IMG/VR virus record: IMGVR_UViG_3300032329_000471
Span: 1 to 64,000 of that record
Length of the DNA: 64,000 nucleotides
DNA from: a virus
Lineage: Duplodnaviria > Heunggongvirae > Uroviricota > Caudoviricetes
Reading direction: 5' to 3' (one strand)
Each line of letters opens with the position of its first letter. Positions within the stretch are counted from its first letter, which is position 1. The position numbers and the translations under genes are program-made. The notes under the pieces were generated by a model, which ran no database searches, had not been told where the DNA came from, and saw only the letters and a program-made list of their open reading frames with translations. Below, piece after piece: positions 26,370-34,472 of the stretch.

Positions 26370-26649
26370 TGTGGAGTGTCATAAACATGACACACTAACT
26401 CAAGAACTTACAGGAGATACTGAAAGTATATGGTTAAAGTTTTCGTTTCTATTAGATACGGTTGTTGCTATTAAAGAAACGTCATCTGATACAGATGACT
26501 TTAATTATAAAACCACCACGGTTTATATGGATGAAAACAGATCTTATATAATAGATACACCATTTACGGTATTTGAAAAAATATGGATTGAGTTTGTAAC
26601 TGGAGAATCTATTGATGATTACATGTCTAATAATAACGCAGAATTATAA
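26353..26649 (+). CDS. hypothetical protein (98 aa)
   Basis: ORF in the track. Confidence 0.55.
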   Translation: MIHRCNVECHKHDTLTQELTGDTESIWLKFSFLLDTVVAIKETSSDTDDFNYKTTTVYMDENRSYIIDTPFTVFEKIWIEFVTGESIDDYMSNNNAEL

Positions 26650-26659
26650 AACAATAAAT

Positions 26660-27028
26660 ATGTCACAAGAACAAGAAGTACAGAATGTTCCTACAAAAAA
26701 AGAAATAATATCTATGTTACAAGATCAGATAGATATTAGAGAGTTACAAGCTAAGTTAGCTCAGTTAAACGCTGATATTGCTGTAGCTAAAGCTAAAGAG
26801 TTAGAAGCTCTTTCTTTTATAGGAAGAACAACACAAGGTGGTAGTCAAACTCCTCCGGGTAATGTTCACACTATTACTCAACAAGATTTGGATAATAATC
26901 CAGAACTAGTTGATGAAGGATTAAAAGTAGGAGATCAAGTGATGATTCCTACAGAAGAAGAAGTAAAGAAAGCTGAAGTTAATGAAGCTAAAGAAAGGAG
27001 TAAACGATCTCTTAAAAAAGTTGATTAA
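26660..27028 (+). CDS. hypothetical coiled-coil protein
   Basis: Start moved to the internal Met (MSQEQEV) to avoid overlap with the previous ORF. Confidence 0.55.
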   Translation: MSQEQEVQNVPTKKEIISMLQDQIDIRELQAKLAQLNADIAVAKAKELEALSFIGRTTQGGSQTPPGNVHTITQQDLDNNPELVDEGLKVGDQVMIPTEEEVKKAEVNEAKERSKRSLKKVD

Positions 27029-27075
27029 TTAATTGTGGAGTGAGAACTATCTCACTCCATTAATTTTATAAAAAC

Positions 27076-27444
27076 ATGGCAATAGTAAACAAAGTAGATA
27101 AAAAAATGAAGATGAATAGGTGGGCTATAGTAAAGTTCCAACTATTTACTTATTGTTATTTATATAAAATTCAGATAAGTGATGCTGATCTGGATTGTCT
27201 AACTCTTTTGGCCACCGAGGGTGATCAAGAACTTACATCTTTTTGTACAAAAGCTCATGAAAAAAGTATTTTTTCATCTATACAATCTGTACGAAATTGT
27301 TTAACAAAAGCTGAAAAGAAAAGTCTTCTTATTAAGGAAGGAAAAAATAAAAAAAAGATATACATTAATCCAGAGCTTAATATACAATCAAAGGGAAACA
27401 TATTATTAGAATATAAATTTTTGAGCGTTGCCACTGAATCCTAA
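27076..27444 (+). CDS. hypothetical protein (122 aa)
   Basis: ORF in the track. Confidence 0.55.
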   Translation: MAIVNKVDKKMKMNRWAIVKFQLFTYCYLYKIQISDADLDCLTLLATEGDQELTSFCTKAHEKSIFSSIQSVRNCLTKAEKKSLLIKEGKNKKKIYINPELNIQSKGNILLEYKFLSVATES

Positions 27445-27841
27445 AAAAGCTAAGAGAGATATAGGTTTTGTTGCTAAAGAACTTGATATTCCTGAGAATG
27501 TTGTAAAAGATGTAGTTGATTTTTATTGGAGAGAAGTAAGAAGAAATCTTTCTTCACTATCTTATCCAAGAATCCATATAACAAACTTAGGTGATTTTAC
27601 TATTAAACATTGGAAACTAGATGATATAATAGAAAAACATGAAAAGTTTGAAGAAGTAAACAGACAACGCGGATTACAACAGATAACCGCTAGATTTAAG
27701 ACAGCTGAAAATCTTTTTGAATTAAAGAAAATAAAACGACTTATCAACGAAGAAAAAGATAGAAAAGAATTTGTTAAAGTAGAAAAACAACTTAACCATG
27801 AAATTAAGCAGAGAAAACATAATAAGGATCTGGAAGAGTAA
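27428..27841 (+). CDS. hypothetical protein (137 aa)
   Basis: ORF in the track. Confidence 0.55.
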   Translation: MPLNPKKAKRDIGFVAKELDIPENVVKDVVDFYWREVRRNLSSLSYPRIHITNLGDFTIKHWKLDDIIEKHEKFEEVNRQRGLQQITARFKTAENLFELKKIKRLINEEKDRKEFVKVEKQLNHEIKQRKHNKDLEE

Positions 27842-28136
27842 AGGTCAGATAGTAGAAGGGATTAAAAATTCAATATTCAAATCTGAAGATATAGAACTAA
27901 TAGCTGAAGAAAGATTAAACATATGTAAAGCTTGTCCATCTCATCTATATGATGAACAAGGATCTGGTTGTATAGTGGGTTTATCAGCTCCTTGTTGTAA
28001 CCAGTTAAAAGGTGGATGCGGATGTTCTTTAAAACTAAAAACAAGAAGTCTTTCTTCTGAATGTCCTAAAGGATATTGGAAAGCTGAATTAACAGAACAA
28101 GAAGAAGATCAATTAAAAGAAAAATTAGGAATATGA
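27798..28136 (+). CDS. Cys-rich putative zinc-binding protein (112 aa)
   Basis: CKACPSH ... GSGCIVGLSAPCCNQLKGGCGCS ... ECPKGYW. Confidence 0.55.
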   Translation: MKLSRENIIRIWKSKGQIVEGIKNSIFKSEDIELIAEERLNICKACPSHLYDEQGSGCIVGLSAPCCNQLKGGCGCSLKLKTRSLSSECPKGYWKAELTEQEEDQLKEKLGI

Positions 28137-28969
28137 GTATATTAAGATTTACAGCACACGATCACAAGTACACAACAATAGATAATCATGAAGAAGAATG
28201 GTTATCTGTAACTAGTCTTATCAGTCAGTTTAAACAACCGTTTGATGCTGAAAAGATGTCAGTTAAGTCTTCTAAAAATAAAAAGAGTAAGTGGTATGGT
28301 ATGACACCAGAAGCTATTAAAGAAGCTTGGAAAAATGAAGCTAACCGAGCCACAACTCTTGGAACATGGTATCATAATCAACGCGAAAAAGATCTTTGTT
28401 CTTTTGAAACAATAGAAAGACATGATGTATCTATTCCTATTTATAAACCTGTAGAAATAGATGGAATAAAATATTCTCCTAATCAAAAAATTGAAGATGG
28501 AGTATATCCAGAACATCTTGTATATTTAAGATCGGCTGGTTTATGTGGTCAAAGTGATCTTATAGAAGTGATAGATAATGAAGTGTTTATTACAGACTAT
28601 AAAACAAATAAGGAAATAAAAACAGAAGGATATGTTAGTTGGGATGGAATAACACAAAAACTAGCTTCTCCTATTTCTCATTTAGATGATTGTAATTATA
28701 TACATTATGCGTTACAACTATCTGTGTATATGTATATTATTCTTAAACACAACCCTAAATTAAAACCGGGTAAAATGTTTCTTCATCATATTCTTTTTGA
28801 AGAAGCCGGAAAAGATAAATATGGTAATCCTATTGCTGCATTAGATAGTAATGGTGATCCTATAGTGGAACATGTTATTCCTTATGAAGTTCCCTATCTA
28901 AAGAGTGAAGTGATAAAAATTATACATTGGTTAGAAGATAATAAACATAAACTTAAACCTAAACATTGA
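28133..28969 (+). CDS. putative PD-(D/E)XK family nuclease
   Basis: SDLIEVIDNEVFITDYKTNKE matches the D...(D/E)xK catalytic pattern. Confidence 0.5.
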   Translation: MSILRFTAHDHKYTTIDNHEEEWLSVTSLISQFKQPFDAEKMSVKSSKNKKSKWYGMTPEAIKEAWKNEANRATTLGTWYHNQREKDLCSFETIERHDVSIPIYKPVEIDGIKYSPNQKIEDGVYPEHLVYLRSAGLCGQSDLIEVIDNEVFITDYKTNKEIKTEGYVSWDGITQKLASPISHLDDCNYIHYALQLSVYMYIILKHNPKLKPGKMFLHHILFEEAGKDKYGNPIAALDSNGDPIVEHVIPYEVPYLKSEVIKIIHWLEDNKHKLKPKH

Positions 28970-29217
28970 TGAACTTTATAAGAAAAGTTAAAGATAAATA
29001 TTTTGTAAGAAAACAAGAACAAAACGATCTTGAACAGTTTTTATGTACTCTTCCTGGTAAATGTTCTAAAATTTCTAAAATATATGTATGGTTAAATACT
29101 ATTAGAGATTTATTTAATAAACAAAGAATGTTAGAAATAGATGAGAAATACACTTGGAAAGATTGGATAGAAACACAAGATGAATTAGCTAAAAAAAAAT
29201 TAAAAGATGTCAGATAA
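28966..29217 (+). CDS. hypothetical protein (83 aa)
   Basis: ORF in the track. Confidence 0.5.
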   Translation: MMNFIRKVKDKYFVRKQEQNDLEQFLCTLPGKCSKISKIYVWLNTIRDLFNKQRMLEIDEKYTWKDWIETQDELAKKKLKDVR

Positions 29218-29410
29218 ACTACCGTCACTAGACGAATTAGAAGAACAATATTTAGAAGGAACACTTCCTGATCAGTTAGCTTATGAGTATTTTAATAATG
29301 AAAGAATTGCTATTATTCATAGAGATGAGTTACATAAAAATGTTATATTAAATAATCTTTATGATACAAAAAGTAATAATAAATTTTTAACAATAAAAAC
29401 ACGAGCATAA
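29207..29410 (+). CDS. hypothetical protein (67 aa)
   Basis: ORF in the track. Confidence 0.45.
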   Translation: MSDKLPSLDELEEQYLEGTLPDQLAYEYFNNERIAIIHRDELHKNVILNNLYDTKSNNKFLTIKTRA

Positions 29411-29925
29411 TGATAAAACTTTTTGACATAGCGGGTGGTAAAGTAATACCAACAGAACATTGTTACAGCCTTAGATTTCTTCAAAATATAATGAAGAACT
29501 ATCCTGATGATTATTTACAGATATACTCATATTTGTTTTATATGACTTGTCCCAACCCAGACTTAAATCCATTCTTTCACTTCAAAGAAGATGAGAAAGA
29601 AGAAGTTATATTAGAAGAGATTGGGGCTGAGTTTTCTACAGAAGATGATGATATTATACACGCTCTTTCAAGATGTAAACAAATGTATGAAACAGAAACC
29701 TCACGAGCTTATTACGGGATCAAGACGGCCATGGATAATCTTGGTAAGGTGTTATCTACAGAGACACCTACATTTGGTCGTGATGGGTCTGCTGTGGGTA
29801 TATTACGTATAGCTGAGAAGTTTGACGCGGTAAGACAATCTTATAAAGGAGTGTATAAAGATTTGATGGATGAACAACAAACCACAGTAAGAGGTGGACA
29901 GAACAGAGCTTACGATGATAATTAA
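29410..29925 (+). CDS. hypothetical protein (171 aa)
   Basis: ORF in the track. Confidence 0.6.
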   Translation: MIKLFDIAGGKVIPTEHCYSLRFLQNIMKNYPDDYLQIYSYLFYMTCPNPDLNPFFHFKEDEKEEVILEEIGAEFSTEDDDIIHALSRCKQMYETETSRAYYGIKTAMDNLGKVLSTETPTFGRDGSAVGILRIAEKFDAVRQSYKGVYKDLMDEQQTTVRGGQNRAYDDN

Positions 29926-29928
29926 AAT

Positions 29929-30195
29929 ATGAAAAGAGCTAAAATACATATAGAAAACTGTCAGATAAAATCAATAGAAAAAGCTATTATAGTAGCTAAA
30001 TGTTTAGATACATTAGAAAAAGAAATAGGTATTAAAGAAACAGAGATATCTTTTAAAGATATGTTTATTTGTCCAGACATTGATCTTACAATATTAGCTA
30101 ACTCAAAAGATCCAATGGAAAAAATATTAGGTAAAATCTTTATAAAGATGGATAGAATAAAGTATGGTAAAAATAGTGATTACAAAAAAATATAA
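29929..30195 (+). CDS. hypothetical protein (88 aa)
   Basis: ORF in the track; candidate small terminase subunit by position only. Confidence 0.5.
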   Translation: MKRAKIHIENCQIKSIEKAIIVAKCLDTLEKEIGIKETEISFKDMFICPDIDLTILANSKDPMEKILGKIFIKMDRIKYGKNSDYKKI

Positions 30196-30200
30196 ATAAT

Positions 30201-30401
30201 ATGAATGAATTATATGATTGGTTGTTCCATAAAGGACTTGATGGAAACTGGGCCGCCATCCCCAGAGATAAAGTGGCTGATTATTTTAATGATTATAATA
30301 CTCCTGGTATTATACGGTCATCTCAACTTGAAACAGTAACAGAATTAGCTGCCAAAGTGACATATGATCCTGATTATTTAAAAACAATAGAATGTTTATA
30401 G
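30201..30401 (+). CDS. hypothetical protein (66 aa)
   Basis: ORF in the track. Confidence 0.45.
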   Translation: MNELYDWLFHKGLDGNWAAIPRDKVADYFNDYNTPGIIRSSQLETVTELAAKVTYDPDYLKTIECL

Positions 30402-33400
30402 AAATTCCTACATACCAAAACAAATCCTGGAGCTCTACTGTGTTTCATACACGGGAAGAGTTTCGGGATTTTCTTATTCCTTTATTTAAAGAACCTGGAC
30501 AATACAAGTTTAATGATGTAACGTCTTCAATATTTAATGAACAAGGACGTTTGTTTGAAAAATATGGATACTATTGTTTGGCTCCGTTAAAAACAAAAGA
30601 CTTTATCAAGTACTGGGATGATCAAAAAGCTAAATGTAGAAATGGTATAATAGTGATAGATGGTGAAGATACATGGTATATCACTAGAGATTATTATATG
30701 TGGCTTAATTTTCTTCCTATATATGATAAAGAAGAAAAACGATTTGCTTTTGCTAAAATAAGAGATGCTCAATATCATATGGCTCTATATGAGATATTAG
30801 CGGAGCTTCATTATAAACACGCTGTTATTCTAAAAAAGCGGCAGATAGCTAGTTCTTATTTTCATATGGCCAAGTTTATTAACCAGTGGTATTTTGAACA
30901 AGGTGCTGTATTAAAACTAGGAGCTAGTCTTAGAGATTATATTAATGAGAAAGGATCTTGGAAGTTTCTTAATGAATATAAAAACTTTTTAAACGAACAT
31001 ACCGCTTGGTATCGTCCAGCTGAACCAGATAAAGTGGGCGCGTGGCAACAACAGATTAAAGTGAGGATTAATGGACGTGATACTTATAAAGGATTGAAGG
31101 GTACAATAAATTTGTACTCTTTTGAAAAAGATCCTACAAATGGTGTCGGTGGTCCCGTTACTTACTTTTTTCATGAAGAAGCTGGTATTGCTCCTAAGAT
31201 GAATGATACTTATGGGTTTATGAAACCCGCTCTTAAATCTGGTCATATTATCACTGGTCAGTTTATAGCTGCAGGATCTGTAGGTGATCTTGACCAATGT
31301 GGTCCATTAAAAGAATATATACTTAATCCAGAAGCTAATGGTTTTTACGGAGTAGAATCTAATCTAATAGATAAAGATGGAACCATTGGGATTATAGGAT
31401 TGTTTATTCCGGAACAATGGAGTATGCCACCATATATAGATGAACATGGAAACTCTTTAGTAGAAGAAGCTTTAGAAGCTTTAGAAAAAGAATTTGAAAA
31501 AGCTAAAAGAGATTTGGAACCAGCTGCTTATCAACTTACTGTTTCTCAACATCCGCGTACAATAGAAGAAGCTTTTGCTAGTAGAAAACTATCTGTGTTT
31601 CCTCCACATTTGATAGCTAAACAACAACAACGTATAGCTGAAAAAACTTATTCTGTAGAATATATAGAATTATCTAGAGATGCTGAAGGAAAAATAATAG
31701 ATAAACCATCTAGAAAAACTCCTATTATGGAGTGGCCGGTTAGTAAAAATACAGTGGATAAAGAAGGAGTGATATGTATATATGAACGTCCTCATAAAGA
31801 TCCGTCATTTGGTATGTATTACGCTTCTGTGGATCCCGTGGCTGAAGGTAAAGCCGAATATATTAATAATATGTTATATACACCTACTGGTAAAAAAAGA
31901 ATAGGTGATATAAAAATAGGAGATGCTGTTATGAATCCTGATGGAACATCTACACTAGTTACTGGTGTTTTTCCACAAGGACAAAAAGAATTGTATAGAG
32001 TATTTTTTAATGATGGATTTAGTATTTTAGTTTGTAAAGAACATTTATGGTCAGTATATGCAAGTGATAATGATAAAATTAATCCCCATGTATTATCAGT
32101 AGATCAATTATTAGATTTAGAAGGATCCGTTAAAAGTTTAGGAGTAGGAAAAAATAAAACTAAAATATACAATACTAAAACTTATTATAAAAAAGGTAAT
32201 ACATCTAAATGGAAAATACCCATTACTAATCCTTTAATATTTGATAAAAATGAAATACCATTAGATCCTTATTTTTTAGGATTACTATTAGGTGATGGAG
32301 GAATATCTACTAGAAGTATTCACTATACATCTGCTGATAAAGAATTAATTGATCATATAAAAACTGTACTACCACCAGATATATCTATTAAACAAACTGG
32401 TAAATATGATTATAGAATTTCAACATCTAAATCTCGTAATTCTATAATGGGTATTTTACGAAGTTTAAATTTACAAGGTACCAAATCACAAACTAAATTT
32501 ATACCAGAGATCTATAAGTATTCATCTATAGATAATCGACTTGCTTTATTACAAGGATTAATGGATACTGATGGTTATTGTGGAAATCATGGAGCTGAAT
32601 ATTATTCTATTTCTTTTAATTTAGCTAATGATGTTGTAGATTTAGTTCATAGTTTGGGTGGTATAGCTAGAATAAGAAAAAAAATTACAAATAAAAAAAA
32701 GAAAAATGGAGTAGGTTATATTTACATAGTTAGAGTAAGTCTTCCTAAAATGTTTAATCCATTTAGATTAAAAAGAAAATCAAATTTATATAAACCTTCA
32801 AATAAGTTTTCACGATATATTTCAGATATAAAATTTGAAAAGATTGATGAAGCTATTTGTATTAGTGTAGAAAATCCTAATAATCTATATATTACTGAAC
32901 ATGGTATTGTAACACACAATACCACTACGTCAGATTCTTTATGTTCTATATACGTTTATAAGAATCCGCGGATGTTAATAAAAGATGATGGATCAGGAAA
33001 GATTGAAAGCTCATATGAGCGTGATGGTATAGTAGCTTCATGGTGTGGAAGATTTGATGATCTTAATAAAACACATGAACGTTTAGAACTTCTTATAGAA
33101 TGGTATAACGCGTGGACTGTTGTAGAAAATAACGTAGCTTTATTTATACAATATATGATATCTAAAAAGAAACAAAGACATCTTGTTCCTAAAAGTATGA
33201 TATTGTTTCTAAAAGATATAGGAGCTAACTCAAATGTGTTTCAAGAATATGGTTGGAAGAATGTAGGTACATTATTTAAAGGAACTATATTATCGTATGC
33301 TATAGAGTTTTTAAAAGAAGAACTTGATACAGAAACATTAGCTGATGGAACTATAGTAAAAACTATATATGGAGTGGAGCGTATTCCAGATCCTATGCTT

Positions 33401-33661
33401 CTTAAAGAGATGCAAGGATACCAAGATGGAGTAAATGTCGACAGATTGGTTGCGTTTGCGGCTCTTATAGCTTTTGCTAAAGTACAGCAATCTAACAGAG
33501 GTATGGCTCGTGATATAGAATATACAAAAAGTAATTTGGACAACTCTAAAAAATTCAGTAGATTTAATATGAGTAATAGTCCTTTTAGACACATGGGAAA
33601 CACTCGTGGCGGAGGATCAATGAGTTCTCCAAGAAGAAGTGCTTTTAAAAATATTAGATAA
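30392..33661 (+). CDS. putative terminase large subunit interrupted by an intein (1089 aa precursor)
   Basis: Largest ORF at the head of the morphogenesis module, directly upstream of the putative portal; nuclease-domain-like strand YYASVDPVAEGK just before the intein; intein features listed separately. Confidence 0.55.
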   Translation: MFIEIPTYQNKSWSSTVFHTREEFRDFLIPLFKEPGQYKFNDVTSSIFNEQGRLFEKYGYYCLAPLKTKDFIKYWDDQKAKCRNGIIVIDGEDTWYITRDYYMWLNFLPIYDKEEKRFAFAKIRDAQYHMALYEILAELHYKHAVILKKRQIASSYFHMAKFINQWYFEQGAVLKLGASLRDYINEKGSWKFLNEYKNFLNEHTAWYRPAEPDKVGAWQQQIKVRINGRDTYKGLKGTINLYSFEKDPTNGVGGPVTYFFHEEAGIAPKMNDTYGFMKPALKSGHIITGQFIAAGSVGDLDQCGPLKEYILNPEANGFYGVESNLIDKDGTIGIIGLFIPEQWSMPPYIDEHGNSLVEEALEALEKEFEKAKRDLEPAAYQLTVSQHPRTIEEAFASRKLSVFPPHLIAKQQQRIAEKTYSVEYIELSRDAEGKIIDKPSRKTPIMEWPVSKNTVDKEGVICIYERPHKDPSFGMYYASVDPVAEGKAEYINNMLYTPTGKKRIGDIKIGDAVMNPDGTSTLVTGVFPQGQKELYRVFFNDGFSILVCKEHLWSVYASDNDKINPHVLSVDQLLDLEGSVKSLGVGKNKTKIYNTKTYYKKGNTSKWKIPITNPLIFDKNEIPLDPYFLGLLLGDGGISTRSIHYTSADKELIDHIKTVLPPDISIKQTGKYDYRISTSKSRNSIMGILRSLNLQGTKSQTKFIPEIYKYSSIDNRLALLQGLMDTDGYCGNHGAEYYSISFNLANDVVDLVHSLGGIARIRKKITNKKKKNGVGYIYIVRVSLPKMFNPFRLKRKSNLYKPSNKFSRYISDIKFEKIDEAICISVENPNNLYITEHGIVTHNTTTSDSLCSIYVYKNPRMLIKDDGSGKIESSYERDGIVASWCGRFDDLNKTHERLELLIEWYNAWTVVENNVALFIQYMISKKKQRHLVPKSMILFLKDIGANSNVFQEYGWKNVGTLFKGTILSYAIEFLKEELDTETLADGTIVKTIYGVERIPDPMLLKEMQGYQDGVNVDRLVAFAALIAFAKVQQSNRGMARDIEYTKSNLDNSKKFSRFNMSNSPFRHMGNTRGGGSMSSPRRSAFKNIR
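31880..32920 (+). mobile_element. intein with a LAGLIDADG homing endonuclease domain, in-frame within the putative terminase (about residues 497-843)
   Basis: Hint block-B-like LYRVFFNDGFSILVCKEHLW; two LAGLIDADG motifs FLGLLLGDGGIS and LLQGLMDTDGY; C-terminal block G IVTHN followed by a +1 Thr; N-terminal boundary approximate. Confidence 0.7.
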
Positions 33662-33662
33662 T

Positions 33663-33896
33663 ATGGATCAAGAAATACATAAAAAGAAAATTGTTTTACT
33701 TTCCAGATTAAAAGAAGAAGGAGTTATAACATTAGAAGAAAGTTTATTACTTCTTAATGAAGAAGGTACTGAAAAAATCCCTATTTCTAAAAATCTTGAA
33801 GATGTTTTAAAAAGATATCATGAAAAATTAAAAACTCGAATAGTTACATATCCTAATCCATATTTAAATAACAGTAATCCTTATAATATAACTTAA
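33663..33896 (+). CDS. hypothetical protein (about 77 aa)
   Basis: Start moved to the Met at 33663 (MDQEIHKK) just after the terminase stop. Confidence 0.45.
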   Translation: MDQEIHKKKIVLLSRLKEEGVITLEESLLLLNEEGTEKIPISKNLEDVLKRYHEKLKTRIVTYPNPYLNNSNPYNIT

Positions 33897-33916
33897 TAAT
33901 ACAATGCAAATATATA

Positions 33917-34471
33917 ATGGCTTATTTATATAGACATATAAGATTAGATAGAAACGAACCTTTTTACATAGGTATAGGTAGTGATACTGGATGTAGAGCT
34001 AGAGATAAGAAAAAAAGAAATAAAATTTGGAAAGATATTATAGCTAAAACTGAATATGAAATACAAATATTATTTGATAATCTTTCTTGGGAAGAAGCTT
34101 GTACTAAAGAAATAGAGTTTATAAAACTTTATGGAAGAATATGTAATAAAGATGGATGTTTAGCCAATCTTAGTTTAGGTGGAGAAGGTTATCTTAATCC
34201 ATCTGATGATGTTCGAAAAACTTTATCAGATTCTAAATTAGGTGAAAAAAATCCTATGTATGGTAAAGTGTTTAGTGCTGAACATATATCTAAATTAAAA
34301 GAAGCTCGAAAAGGTAGAATACCTATACCACCTAAAAAATTACAAAATATATTAACAGGAGTAATATATAATAATATACATGAAGCTGCTAACTATTATA
34401 AAATAACACATAAAGCTTTATATAAAAGACTTTTGAGAAAAAGTAAAAAGTCACCTTTAAAATTTATCTAA
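33917..34471 (+). CDS. GIY-YIG homing endonuclease (free-standing)
   Basis: N-terminal PFYIGIGS...R GIY-YIG motif; C-terminal NUMOD-like repeats GEKNPMYGK...HISKLKEA. Confidence 0.7.
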   Translation: MAYLYRHIRLDRNEPFYIGIGSDTGCRARDKKKRNKIWKDIIAKTEYEIQILFDNLSWEEACTKEIEFIKLYGRICNKDGCLANLSLGGEGYLNPSDDVRKTLSDSKLGEKNPMYGKVFSAEHISKLKEARKGRIPIPPKKLQNILTGVIYNNIHEAANYYKITHKALYKRLLRKSKKSPLKFI

Positions 34472-34472
34472 T

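Noticed and set aside
27562-33603. Minus-strand ORFs inside plus-strand late genes (27562..27747, 28259..28516, 28959..29264, 30587..30778, 30989..31297, 32722..32925, 33241..33603, 33338..33592)
   Set aside because: All are antisense to long, well-supported plus-strand ORFs. Their translations are hydrophobic low-complexity typical of AT-rich antisense frames.
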